Below are positions 1-10,284 of a DNA stretch of 64,000 nt, in pieces. Position 1 is the first letter of the stretch; each line of letters begins with the position of its first letter. Origin of the DNA: Verrucomicrobiota bacterium (lineage in GTDB: Bacteria > Verrucomicrobiota > Verrucomicrobiia > Limisphaerales > AAA164-E04); contig CP170459.1 in assembly GCA_047947115.1 (NCBI GenBank), positions 160,001-224,000 on the forward strand. The letters are read 5' to 3'. Under the pieces are notes generated by a model that ran no database searches, was not told the DNA's origin, and worked only from the letters and a program-made list of their open reading frames with translations. The translations under genes and the position numbers were made by a program.

Positions 1-23
1 ACATGGTTCCGCAGGCAATAAGA

Positions 24-222
24 TGTCAGCGGGCGGTCAAATACAGCCCTATGAGGTAATACCCGTTGCTTTTGGAGGGCCATAAAGGCTTTCCAGAGGG
101 CGATGAATCAGCTCAAAGTACACAGAAAACATTCCATACGCGCATTACATGAACAGGGTCTCTCGATGCGGCAGATTGCACGTAAATAGGAGATCGACCG
201 AAGGACCGTCAGTCGTTGTTTT
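24..222 (+). mobile_element. IS21-family relic: left end plus truncated istA N-terminal HTH
   Basis: Begins TGTCAGCGGGCGGTCAAA (IS21-like TG end). From ATG 103 it reads MNQLKVHRKHSIRALHEQGLSMRQIARK*EIDRRTVSR, an IstA-like HTH with an in-frame TAG at 187-189; the rest is missing. Confidence 0.7.
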
Positions 223-345
223 GGGGTCACGTCTCGACATTCAACATTTTGTCCTTACCTTAGCGAACTATCCGGTAAAACCCTAGCGCCACATAGGTTG
301 GCAATCGAAATTGCTAAGTCATTTTCCTAGCCTAGATTTTTCTCC

Positions 346-531
346 TTACACGGCTTTATCAGGATGAGTCTTTTTTCCGTCGGTTTGGCGAATATTGCGT
401 CGACCAGAGGTTTCTTGTCTTTCTCGGGCTGACGTTATGATCGCTTCGAGTGAATACCCATACTGGGCTGCATTCTCCTCTTTCAGGGAACGAACCTGCT
501 GGACAATGGTGTGTTCAATTTCAGTTTTCAT
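346..531 (-). CDS. small putative antitoxin downstream of PIN gene
   Basis: ATG at 531 overlaps the PIN stop. IVQQVRSLKEENAAQYGYSLEAI resembles small partners that follow this PIN subfamily. Confidence 0.6.
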   Translation of the reverse strand: MKTEIEHTIVQQVRSLKEENAAQYGYSLEAIITSARERQETSGRRNIRQTDGKKTHPDKAV

Positions 532-1000
532 CACCAATTAGATCTTCCGGGGTGCAAATGATGGTGGCACGCAACCCGTGTGCTGAAAGGCAATCTATAA
601 TCCTTCGACGAAGATGAGGGTTCGCGATGTGCTTGCAGTTCCAGGTTAACAGATAGTCTGTTTCGTGAACAGACGCGACGGCAATGTGGATGGCATCGTC
701 GGCTGCCTTCGAGGGGATGATCTCACGATCCAGCAGATCTTGTGAAATCCTCAAGACATCCGGTGATAAGTCAAGTAACGGGATAGTAATCAGCAATTCG
801 AGACGCCTTGATGCCATGTCTATTTCGCCATGGGACATTCATCCAAAATCGTATGTGAGCATACCAAGTTGTAATCTCTTCGATGGTGATCCCACCAAAT
901 ACGAGTCAATTGTTGTCGTGCCGCCTCGATCAATTGCCGTTGAAGGGCGAGCAACATACAGGCTAGGAATGGTCGTTTCGATGTAGATCGATTCCGGCAT
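521..1000 (-). pseudogene. PIN-domain (VapC-like) toxin with two compensating frameshifts
   Basis: MPESIYIETTIPSLYVARPS, then shifted-frame RQLIEAARQQLTRIWW...ILDEC, then SHGEIDMASRRL...DAIHIAVA...LLTWNCKHIAN. One extra base near 940, one missing base near 836, TGA at 839-841 in the start frame. Confidence 0.8.
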
Positions 1001-1386
1001 AATTAATCGGTTTGGGCTCTTGAAATTTTCTCGCCCAACGCAGATTTGAAGACATTCTGTCGCCAGAAATCTGGATTAAGGCATTTCCTCTGATTTAAGG
1101 CCATCATGGGCCACTTGTAGTAAATCGTAACTGCTTGAGCTTGGCCGCCAAGTAGCCATGAAGCTGGAAATAATAAACAAGACCGTCGATGAGAGACAAA
1201 ACTGTTCCGGCCGGTTAGCCGCTGTGAATCTACGATCGAATTTTGTCAGAACTGTGCTACTGAAACTACTTAAACAAGTTACAATCCTCAATTCGGAAAA
1301 AAAGGATCGCAAAATCTGAGATAAGTTACGCAGACCGTACCGTTCGGTCCGCCATTCACCTTGCCCCGCATCTCAGCCGCTGAATA

Positions 1387-2262
1387 TCACCACAAAACTT
1401 CGGATTCATCCCCTCCTCCATTGTACCCGAGAATTGCAATACGAGCAGCCCCAACTATTGGCGCGTCTTTCCCAAGGCTGCTGAATGCAACCTCAGGACA
1501 TCTCACAAGACGCAGGTTCGAATCCAGAAAACTCCTTACCTGTTCCAGAAGTTTCTGACCACCGCCTATTGCCACACTGCCTCCAAGAATGATTCTTTCA
1601 GGACTGTAAATGGTAGACGCATTGCGCAGTCCTTGGGCTAGGTGTAGTGCGACCTCTTCCCATTCCCATTCATCCAGACTGGCGGGAGGCTTACCGTAGA
1701 TTCTTTCGATCGCCCGACCAGATACCAGACCTTCAAGGCAATCGGAGAGTCCGCAGGCACACTTGGCGTTCTCGATGTTGCGAACCATTGGAATGGCCTG
1801 ATGGGCGATTTCAGGATGATTCGAGTCGACGCCTCTAAATACCTTTCCATCTCTGATCAACCCTCCGCCCATTCCCGTGCTTACTGTAACATAGAGTAAT
1901 GGATCGACCTTTTCATTTCGTGAATAGTATTCCCCGACTGCCGCGACATTCGTATCGACATCAAAGAATACCGGACACTGAAACAAGCCCCCAAAAACCT
2001 CTCGAACGGAAAAGTCAGACCAAGCAGCTTGATGCAATGGACTTGCTTTTCCATCCCGAATACTCAAAGGTCCCCCAATCGCAACACCCATAGCCTCAAA
2101 ACTTAACTTACGCCCTATTGTTGAGGCCGCCGACCGAATCATCTCAACTCCAGATCCCAGTTCTTTTGGTGTGGCAAATTGGACTCGCTCGACGATGGTG
2201 CCTTCGCTGTCAGCAGAAGCGACGATCGTCTTGGTCCCACCTATGTCTACCGCTAAGAACAT
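1387..2262 (-). CDS. ROK-family sugar kinase
   Basis: AVDIGGTKT, DTNVAAVGE, STGMGGG, CACGLSDCLE zinc motif. Confidence 0.9.
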   Translation of the reverse strand: MFLAVDIGGTKTIVASADSEGTIVERVQFATPKELGSGVEMIRSAASTIGRKLSFEAMGVAIGGPLSIRDGKASPLHQAAWSDFSVREVFGGLFQCPVFFDVDTNVAAVGEYYSRNEKVDPLLYVTVSTGMGGGLIRDGKVFRGVDSNHPEIAHQAIPMVRNIENAKCACGLSDCLEGLVSGRAIERIYGKPPASLDEWEWEEVALHLAQGLRNASTIYSPERIILGGSVAIGGGQKLLEQVRSFLDSNLRLVRCPEVAFSSLGKDAPIVGAARIAILGYNGGGDESEVLW

Positions 2263-2724
2263 GTCTCAAAAATCACTCCAAGTTAAATCAAGAACACAAT
2301 GGCTTGATAGCATCATTCACGCTCATCAACCGGATCGAATTCTATAATGGATGCAACTCTCAAAATAAAGGGGATTGTTTTATCCTGTGCTTAGCAATGA
2401 AGCAAACTGGTACCGGAAATCCTCGAAAACTCAATCGAGATATCACACGGCAAGGCATTTCCTTTAAGCCATCCCATCTCAAGTTCAAATCGCCTCATGG
2501 TTGACCCCGCTAATAGGAACCAGTAGGTTAGGACTCAGCAAATGAGTTTTGTAGACAGTCATGAAAACCAGCAACGGATTCCGCGCCGCAGTTCCTGCGC
2601 CAGCGAATCTCGTCAACATCAATTTCAGCAGTGGGCTGGAACGACTTTGAGGAGAGAATTCATGCCGCTTTGACCATAAGTCGACGTTTTTCATGGCTGA
2701 AGCCATCGTCCAAAAAGGAAGAGC

Positions 2725-3216
2725 ATGAGCAATAGTGATCCCATCCGCTGGAAGCAAAGACTCCAGCAGTTCAGGAAGGCCGAAACTCGGCTTTCTGAAG
2801 CTTTGGTCAATGGCTATGATGTTCTTGGCCGTCTTGAGCAGGAGGGTGTGATTCAACGTTTCGAATACACCTTCGAGCTGGGGTGGAAAGTTCTCAAGGA
2901 TCTACTTTTTTACGAAGGGTTCGATGTCAAATCACCGCGCGAAGTGATTCGCCAGGCGTTTGAATCAGAGTATCTGGCCGTTGACGATACGGAAACCGCC
3001 CTTATTGCGCTGGAGAAACGTAATCTGCTCACACATGCCTATGAGGAGGAGACCATGCTGGAGGCATTGGAACTGATTCAAAACGACTTCCAACCGCTGC
3101 TTCATCGACTTCTACAAACTTTGGATAAGAAGGCCATTCGAAAGATTAATCGAAATATAAAACTGTTCCACCCGGGTAGCAGCTGCAAATCTACGACCCA
3201 ACTTTACCAAAATTAA
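2725..3216 (+). CDS. HI0074-family nucleotidyltransferase substrate-binding (HEPN-like) protein; partner gene absent
   Basis: RWKQRL, EGVIQRFEYTFELGWK, SPREVIRQAF, RNLLTHAY (Rx4H). Confidence 0.85.
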   Translation: MSNSDPIRWKQRLQQFRKAETRLSEALVNGYDVLGRLEQEGVIQRFEYTFELGWKVLKDLLFYEGFDVKSPREVIRQAFESEYLAVDDTETALIALEKRNLLTHAYEEETMLEALELIQNDFQPLLHRLLQTLDKKAIRKINRNIKLFHPGSSCKSTTQLYQN

Positions 3217-3371
3217 GTTCAGAAAAATATCTACGTCACTGCGTCCATCTCGCGAATGCGAGAGGGCGTGAGGATCAGAAATCAAATCTGATCTCAAAAC
3301 GCAACCACCCCTGGCAATGGGTATACACCCCATATCCCGGAGTAAAAGAGGTAGCGTGACGGGAATCCAAC

Positions 3372-4106
3372 ATGCTGGAAATTGTATATCGAGACGAATC
3401 GATTGTGGTGATCAACAAACCTGCGGGCATGTTGGTTCATCGCAGTTCTGTGGCTCCGGGTGAAACGGTCTTCGCGGTTCAACAGCTTCGGGATCAGATT
3501 GGTATGAAGGTGCATCCGGTTCATCGTTTGGACAGGCCCACATCCGGAATCCTCGTGTTCACTCTCAATGTGGAAACTCTGAAAGCGCTCCAGGCACAGT
3601 TCACAGAAAGAATGGTCGAAAAGGTTTATTGGGCGGTGGGTCGTGGATATTTGAACGGTCAAGGGACCATTGATTATCCATTAAAACGAGAAGTCGATCC
3701 TTATTCCAATTCTGAGGCAGAGGGGAGCCAAAGTGCGGTTACCCACTTCCGATGTCTCGCGCAAGCCGAGTTACCCATCGCCACAGGCCGGCATCCTACC
3801 TCTCGATACTCCTGGGTCGAACTAAGACCGGAAACAGGACGGAAGCATCAGTTGCGCCGACACATGGCCCATCTTCGTCACCCTATTGTGGGAGACACAC
3901 AACATGGGGTTGGTGAGCACAATCGATTGTTCAGAGAAACGTTCGGAGTTCACCGTCTGCTCCTGCACGCGCAAAGATTCTCATTCATCCATCCGAGTAC
4001 CGGAGAAAGAATAACATTGATCGCAGGTCTGGATGAACCGTTCCACAAAGCACTCACCAAAACCAGGTTGATCCGGACAAATGGCATTCCATCATCAACT
4101 CGATAA
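3372..4106 (+). CDS. truC: tRNA pseudouridine synthase C (RluA family)
   Basis: INKPAGMLVH, VHRLDRPTSG, TGRKHQLRRHMAHLRHPIVGD, RLLLHA. Confidence 0.85.
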   Translation: MLEIVYRDESIVVINKPAGMLVHRSSVAPGETVFAVQQLRDQIGMKVHPVHRLDRPTSGILVFTLNVETLKALQAQFTERMVEKVYWAVGRGYLNGQGTIDYPLKREVDPYSNSEAEGSQSAVTHFRCLAQAELPIATGRHPTSRYSWVELRPETGRKHQLRRHMAHLRHPIVGDTQHGVGEHNRLFRETFGVHRLLLHAQRFSFIHPSTGERITLIAGLDEPFHKALTKTRLIRTNGIPSSTR

Positions 4107-4226
4107 CACGTCAAAATCATAGATGTATTACGAAGAAAGTCAGACAGCAACCGACACTTGAAAACGCAGCATGCTGGATGACGAAAAATTCGCGACACAT
4201 CTGATTCGGATCGCTAAGATTTCTTC

Positions 4227-5021
4227 ATGCGTTCAGCTTCTTTCATTTCAATTCTTACATTTGCAACACTGCCCCTCAAGGCACAACCCTCGAACCAGTG
4301 GGCCTCACTATTCAACAGCAAGGACCTCTCAGGTTGGCATATACAGAAAGAGAAAGGACAGCACGGAAGCGGCGGCAACTGGGGGATCACCGAGGATGGC
4401 TGCCTCTTTGGCGAGCAACATCCTCCTGGATCAGGCAATGGCGGACTTCTACTGAGCGATACATCCTTTTCGGAATTCGAGTTGGAACTTTCTTTCAAAC
4501 CTGACTGGGGTCCTGATAGTGGAGTGTTCGTGCGCACGGATGAACGCGGCGGCGGCTGGCAGATTTACATCGACCACCACGACAACGGCAATGTCGGTCA
4601 TATCCGACTTGAGACAAAGCCCTACAGCGTGGCGTTTCGTCCATTCGGTTTTTCACGAATCCACCCCACTAAACCCGAGTTAAAAATGGAACCCGACCGC
4701 CGTCCGGAGAACCTTACCGAAGGCGTTTACGAAGAGACTTGCACCCAAGAAGAATTCCTGGCGGCATGGAAAACAGAGGATTGGAACCGGATGCGTATTC
4801 GAGTGACCGGAGGAGAACTACCCATAATCGAAACTTGGATCAATGGTTTGAAGATCTGTCGTTTCGACGCCTCGAAAACCAAACACCCGAAATTCAACAC
4901 CGAAAAAGCAAGGAAAGCGGTACAACCCGCCGGCTCTATCGGCCTGCAGGTTCACGGAGGTAAGCACTGGCAGTCAGGGTGGCGAACTTATTGGAAGGAT
5001 ATCTGTGTTCGTCGGATGTAA
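4227..5021 (+). CDS. secreted DUF1080 (3-keto-disaccharide hydrolase-like) protein
   Basis: Signal peptide, SLFNSKDLSGW, DSGVFVR, GSIGLQVHGG, WKDI. Confidence 0.8.
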   Translation: MRSASFISILTFATLPLKAQPSNQWASLFNSKDLSGWHIQKEKGQHGSGGNWGITEDGCLFGEQHPPGSGNGGLLLSDTSFSEFELELSFKPDWGPDSGVFVRTDERGGGWQIYIDHHDNGNVGHIRLETKPYSVAFRPFGFSRIHPTKPELKMEPDRRPENLTEGVYEETCTQEEFLAAWKTEDWNRMRIRVTGGELPIIETWINGLKICRFDASKTKHPKFNTEKARKAVQPAGSIGLQVHGGKHWQSGWRTYWKDICVRRM

Positions 5022-5339
5022 ATTCCTTTATTCAACCCGCCAAAGGCGACGGCGCTGCACATGATCATCATTAGCCATTCTTTAAAATCTCGGTTCACGG
5101 CAGAAGGTAATTTAAATTCTGGTTTTGGTTTACGGTTTGTGTAATCCAAATACATCATGGCATTGACCAAAATGAATCTCATACGTCCCCCTCAATTCTG
5201 ACCATAAAAAAACTTTTTGATAACCCATTAAAATTGTCTTCCTGCCACATTTTCCGGCATGTTTAAAAATCAGTTCCGAACATTATTTTTCAGCGATCCT
5301 ATAAGGATCATGTTCACAACCACTTTCTTCCGAAGATCG

Positions 5340-6752
5340 TTACGCGAAAAGCTCATGGGCGATGTTGCCGTGGATATCAGTGAGTCGAAAATCTCGGCCA
5401 GCATGACGGTAGGTCAAGCGTTCGTGATCGAGTCCCAGGGCATAAAGCAAAGTAGCGTGCAGATCGTGCATGTGGATGGGTTGTTCCACTGGGCGATAAC
5501 CAAAATCGTCCGTTGCTCCGTAGGTTAACCCGGCTTTCACTCCACCGCCTGCCATCCACATGGTGAATCCCTGCGGATGATGGTTGCGTCCGTTTTTGTT
5601 TTCGGCGGTGGGTGTGCGTCCGAATTCCCCGCCCCAAAGGACCAGAGTCTCGTCCAGCATGCCTCGTTGTTCCAGGTCCTGTAAAAGCCCGGCTATGGGC
5701 AAGTCCACTTTGGCAGATTCTTCAATGCTGCCCTGCTCGACCTTTTGGTGATGGTCCCAGGTGTAGTTGGTCGAAATTTGAATATACCGTACTCCCTGCT
5801 CCGCAAACTTACGCGCCAGCAAACATTGACGTCCGAAATTGTCAGTGGGCTCCGAACCGATTCCGTACAATGCGTGGGTCGATTTGGATTCGTTGTCCAA
5901 ATCCATAATGGGAGGGGCAGTCGTTTGCATTCGGAAGGCCTGTTCATAACTCTCGATCAACCCTTCAATACCCGGATCACGTGCAGCCCGCTCGAGATGC
6001 TTGCGATTCATGGATTGCACGAAGTCCAATTGCGAACGCTGAGATTGAGTGGATTGTCTCGTATTGGTCAAATTGGGAATGATCGCCTTGGAAATGGGCG
6101 TTTCAGCGGATCCAATGGCCATACCTTGATGGATGGCCGGAAGAAACGCGCTGCCGTAATTCTGAACACCGCCGTGGCCTCGTGGAGGTGAGATGGTGAT
6201 GAACGCAGGGAGATCAGCTCGCGCATCTCCCAGCCCATAACTAACCCAAGCTCCCACGCTGGGTCGCACCAGATTGGCTTGGCCTGTATGCAGGTTCAAC
6301 AAGGCTTCACCATGAGCCTGCCCCTCGGTGTGCAAAGAACGAATCATGCAGAGTTTGTCAGCCTGCCTGGCAAGGTGGGGCATGAGGTTGCTCATCCAGA
6401 TGCCGCTTTGACCATACTGTTTGAACGGAAACGGTGAACCCAGCAATTCCCCCATATTGCCCCGCTCCAATCCAAGATCCTTACCATGAAGCTGCGAACC
6501 GGCACGATCATTGAGCATGGGCTTGGGGTCAAACAAGTCGACATGGCTTGGCCCACCCCACATAAAGAGAAAAATCACCCGTTTGGCTCGGGGGCGGATA
6601 TGTGGACGCTTCTTGAAGCCATCCCCCATCGGTTTGCCGGGTGTCCCGTTCTGGGCAAGGAGCGATGAGAACGCCATATGAGCAAACCCACAAGCGCTGG
6701 TCTGCAGCATGCCGCGTCGACTGATCAAGGGTGTGAAAGAATGACAACTCAT
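5340..6752 (-). CDS. DUF1501 Tat-exported protein
   Basis: SRRGML Tat motif, RAKRVIFLFMWGGPSHVDLFDPKP, FGRQCLLAR, GEFGRTP, HDLHATLL. Confidence 0.9.
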   Translation of the reverse strand: MSCHSFTPLISRRGMLQTSACGFAHMAFSSLLAQNGTPGKPMGDGFKKRPHIRPRAKRVIFLFMWGGPSHVDLFDPKPMLNDRAGSQLHGKDLGLERGNMGELLGSPFPFKQYGQSGIWMSNLMPHLARQADKLCMIRSLHTEGQAHGEALLNLHTGQANLVRPSVGAWVSYGLGDARADLPAFITISPPRGHGGVQNYGSAFLPAIHQGMAIGSAETPISKAIIPNLTNTRQSTQSQRSQLDFVQSMNRKHLERAARDPGIEGLIESYEQAFRMQTTAPPIMDLDNESKSTHALYGIGSEPTDNFGRQCLLARKFAEQGVRYIQISTNYTWDHHQKVEQGSIEESAKVDLPIAGLLQDLEQRGMLDETLVLWGGEFGRTPTAENKNGRNHHPQGFTMWMAGGGVKAGLTYGATDDFGYRPVEQPIHMHDLHATLLYALGLDHERLTYRHAGRDFRLTDIHGNIAHELFA

Positions 6753-6754
6753 AT

Positions 6755-8992
6755 CTAATCAAGGAAATGAAATCGGCTCATGGAAAACATCGCATGACAG
6801 AGAGCGGACCAGGCTTCCAGTTCGGGATTTTTTGCCCCATCACGTTCCAACTGTTTTTGGGTTTGCATTATGAAATCCTGAAAGGGCTTCAACTCGGCTT
6901 CGACTGCTGTTCGTTGAAACATGGTTTCATATAATTGACTCAATCGGGTTGATGCCTCTTCCATCAAAAACCGCTGTGCGGTGGCTTTGGACAAATCCAT
7001 CACCATGTCATCATTCAACAGGTAGAGCGCTTGAATGGCCACGGTGGTTTGCGGACGCGCTCCCGTAGTGGCATGTGGATCGGCGAAATCGAACACATCA
7101 AAGATTTCGGGAAGATCATTTCGAATGGCAGGGAGATAAAGACTGCGATTCGGAAAATCCGTTCGGCGCCGATTCTTATTGTCCCCGACCGCTGTGGCCT
7201 GATCGCCCAGATACCAGACCGACGACTGCATCGGAGTCAAATCGAGTCTACCGGCGACGGACAACATGGCATCACGCAGACTTTCCGGGTCGAGACGCCG
7301 CCGATGGGCTCGCCAGAGCATGGTATTATCCGGATCGGTCGCATGCGCCTTTGGATCGTGCTGACTACTCAAGGCAAAGGTTCGGCTCAGGACGATTTCG
7401 CGGACGAGGGATTTGACGGACCACCCGGACTCAATGAGACGTGAAGCAAGGTAGTCGAGCAATTCTGGATGAGAAGGTTGTTCCCCCGTTCGCCCGAAGT
7501 TATCCACGGTTCGAACCAAACCACGTCCGATCAGATGATGCCAAACCCGATTGGCAAATACTCGCGCGGTCAATCGTCCCGCCCCATTTTCCACATCGGT
7601 CAACCAGCGCGCCAACTCGAGACGCCCACTTTCGTCGTCAGGGATGTGGGTTTCTTCTTTTCCCACCACACGTAGAAAACCACGAGGCACCTGATTCTCC
7701 GGTTTATCAAACTGACCGGCTCGACGCACCGATTCATCCCCTGGCTCATCCACATCGGTCGGCACCATGGCCCGGGGTGGTATCTCCGGAGGGTGATTCA
7801 GTATGTTTGCAATGGATTCGATCCATTCCTTTTGAAAACGTATCCGGGCTTCATAAGTAAGCGACCGATCCTTGCTTTGCACAGACAGAGCCCCGGGGTC
7901 CTTTTCAGCCAGTTTGTCCAGTTCGGCTTCATCCTGTTTTTCCAGGAATTCCAAGGCTGACTCGGCTTGCTTTTTGGATTCGACGACTTTGGGCCGCTCG
8001 CGCCAGTATTTTTCGTAGGCGGCATTTAGCTCATCCCCCTTTTCGCCCAATCCAACCAAGTGTTCCATCACACGTTGTTGTCCGAGCATGTGACGTTGCT
8101 GCATGACGCGAGTGGATGTAAAAATACCGGCCAACGCATAGTAATCTTCGGTCGGAACAGGCTCGAACTTGTGATCATGACAACGGGCGCATCCCAACGT
8201 GAGCCCAAGAACAGACCGGCCAATGGTGTCGATCTGTTCATCGGCGACATCCATGCGTTGCTTGTTGGGGTTCACTCCCAGGAGCACCTTGGGACCGATC
8301 ACCAGGAATCCCGATGCAATGCGTTGTTGGTCTCGTTGTTCAATGGAATCGTAAGACAACAAATCACCGGCGATCTGTTCGAGAAGAAAACGGTCAAAAG
8401 GCATGTCATCGTTCATCGCCCGCACCACCCAGTTCCGATAACGCCAGGCCTCACGGAACAGGAAATTCTCATCCAATCCATTGGAATCCGCATACCGGGC
8501 CAGATCCAGCCAATGTCGCCCCCACCGCTCGCCAAACTGAGGCGAACTTAAAAGTCGATCCACCAAACCTTCCAAGGCAGATTCTGAAGGATGATCGACA
8601 AATGCCTGCCTCACCTCTGTGGAAGGGGGTAATCCGGTCAACTGAACATAGAGACGACGCACCAGATCCGACGTATCGGCCGCAGGCGCCGACTCCAACC
8701 CCTCGGCCTGAAGGCGTGCTTCGATGAAGGAATCAATCGTAGATGAAAGCGAATCGGCAGAGGATGTCGGTAAATCCCATATAAGCGGTTGAAAAGCCCA
8801 GTGATCCCGCCCCGACTCAACCAAATCAAGTGTCGTTTGACGTAACCGCTGACCGTCATCGGACACCGACTCAGGCACTGCACCCAGGCACATCCCCAAG
8901 AAGATTAACCACACGCCCACAGACGTCACTATCACGTAGATCCTCTGCCATGATTGGCGTTTCCATGAGTTCCATGTTCGGTGATTATCCAT
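6755..8992 (-). CDS. DUF1549/DUF1553 (PSCyt2/PSD1) protein
   Basis: HWAFQP, GERWGRHWLDLARYADSNG, CARCHDHK, ARVFANRVW, PSHPELLDYLA. Confidence 0.9.
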   Translation of the reverse strand: MDNHRTWNSWKRQSWQRIYVIVTSVGVWLIFLGMCLGAVPESVSDDGQRLRQTTLDLVESGRDHWAFQPLIWDLPTSSADSLSSTIDSFIEARLQAEGLESAPAADTSDLVRRLYVQLTGLPPSTEVRQAFVDHPSESALEGLVDRLLSSPQFGERWGRHWLDLARYADSNGLDENFLFREAWRYRNWVVRAMNDDMPFDRFLLEQIAGDLLSYDSIEQRDQQRIASGFLVIGPKVLLGVNPNKQRMDVADEQIDTIGRSVLGLTLGCARCHDHKFEPVPTEDYYALAGIFTSTRVMQQRHMLGQQRVMEHLVGLGEKGDELNAAYEKYWRERPKVVESKKQAESALEFLEKQDEAELDKLAEKDPGALSVQSKDRSLTYEARIRFQKEWIESIANILNHPPEIPPRAMVPTDVDEPGDESVRRAGQFDKPENQVPRGFLRVVGKEETHIPDDESGRLELARWLTDVENGAGRLTARVFANRVWHHLIGRGLVRTVDNFGRTGEQPSHPELLDYLASRLIESGWSVKSLVREIVLSRTFALSSQHDPKAHATDPDNTMLWRAHRRRLDPESLRDAMLSVAGRLDLTPMQSSVWYLGDQATAVGDNKNRRRTDFPNRSLYLPAIRNDLPEIFDVFDFADPHATTGARPQTTVAIQALYLLNDDMVMDLSKATAQRFLMEEASTRLSQLYETMFQRTAVEAELKPFQDFIMQTQKQLERDGAKNPELEAWSALCHAMFSMSRFHFLD

Positions 8993-9542
8993 GACATTAC
9001 CTCAGTTGAACGTGTTTGGTGTTAACCTTTGGAATGAGAACACTTTGATCCAATCTGGAAGGCATTGCAAGTCGCAAGCTTTTCTTTGTTTGGACACTCA
9101 TTGAATGCTACCTCGGCACCCGCATTCTGAACATCATTCACAACGATGGATTTTCTGTCCGAACGGTCATTATATCCATGAACGGCCAAAGTGCCCTGGG
9201 TATCCTTCGCAGATTTGGTGATGATATAGACCAGCAAGAGATACAAAAAACATATAAAATGGGGAGTTGAGATCGGGTAAGATTTATCATGGTCGCCTTT
9301 CTGCAACATTTCCCGATTCGAGATCGGTTTTAACTGCTTTCAAAAATAAAGCTAAAGGTGTGTGACCAACCTTTTGAACAGCCAGGATTCAACAGACACC
9401 AGATCCACTATCGGCATACTACTAAGGAACCAACACTTCATCGATAGAACACGACAGGATCTCATGTCTTTTGACACTTAGGTGATGTTTTGAGCCAAAA
9501 TGACCTTCATGTCACGGGTTTGCAAGACAGGCAAAAGTAGAC

Positions 9543-10082
9543 TTATGTCACACCATTGACCAGACGTTTCACCACAGAAAGCGGATCTTCTTCTGAAACA
9601 AAACGGGCGGCCAAGGTGGTCGCTTCGTTCATTTCGTAGGACTCCAATTCGCGTGATCTCTGTAACATCTGTTTTCGAAAATCCATGATATCAGAATAAT
9701 CAGACTCCTTGACACCCGACCTCGAACCCGTCTGGGTCATGATGGCGCCCAGGACATCAAATGCGGCCAACCTGACCGCCAGGGAATCATGCGATCTGAG
9801 CATCCCTAAAATGCGGCGTTTGGCTAACCATCCAATGGTTGCGCGGCCGGATTTATACAGAAATCGAAGAACGTGAAGCGCAAAAGTCTGCCGTGTTGGT
9901 TGATCGCTCTGCAAGTAAGCATTGGACGTCTTGTAAACATACTTCATCGGTTTGCTATGATAGTTCGCGGCATCCAGCACCTTGACCACCAGCACAGCTT
10001 GTTTCCAGGCTTGTTCCGATATCTTGAATGGGTCCTGATCGTTTTGCATGAGCATTCTTGTTTCAGAAAAGAACTCTTCCAC
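9543..10082 (-). CDS. hypothetical helical protein, possibly 5'-truncated
   Basis: 179-aa ORF filling an otherwise empty region; GTG start immediately preceded by in-frame TAG and next to a repeat array. Confidence 0.4.
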   Translation of the reverse strand: MEEFFSETRMLMQNDQDPFKISEQAWKQAVLVVKVLDAANYHSKPMKYVYKTSNAYLQSDQPTRQTFALHVLRFLYKSGRATIGWLAKRRILGMLRSHDSLAVRLAAFDVLGAIMTQTGSRSGVKESDYSDIMDFRKQMLQRSRELESYEMNEATTLAARFVSEEDPLSVVKRLVNGVT

Positions 10083-10106
10083 CTACCTAACCATTTGTAA
10101 AGCAAT

Positions 10107-10253
10107 GGCCACATTTTTACAAATGCGGCTACGTAGCCGCCTTCGCCAGAAGGTGGGCCACATTTTTGCAAATGCGGCTACGTAGCCGCCTTCGCTAGAA
10201 GGTGGGCCACATTTTTGCAAATGCGGCTACGTGGCCGCCTTCGCCAGAAGGTG
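10107..10253. repeat. 3 x 49-bp tandem REP/BIME-like array
   Basis: Unit GGCCACATTTTTGCAAATGCGGCTAC-GTAGCCGCCTTCGCCAGAAGGTG at 10107, 10156 and 10205; two inverted GTAG-led hairpins per unit. Confidence 0.9.
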
Positions 10254-10284
10254 GCCCACCAAGGCATCTTAGAAGAACAACACT

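Noticed and set aside
223..1330. Integron cassette around the PIN module
   Set aside because: No convincing attC inverted core sites and no integrase.
1515..1525. tRNA T-arm-like GGTTCGAATCC
   Set aside because: Lies inside the ROK gene with no cloverleaf around it.
9022..9309. 95-aa ORF
   Set aside because: No motif or clear RBS; cannot be supported as a gene.
10107..10253. CRISPR array
   Set aside because: Repeats are contiguous with no unique spacers, and there are no cas genes; REP-like instead.
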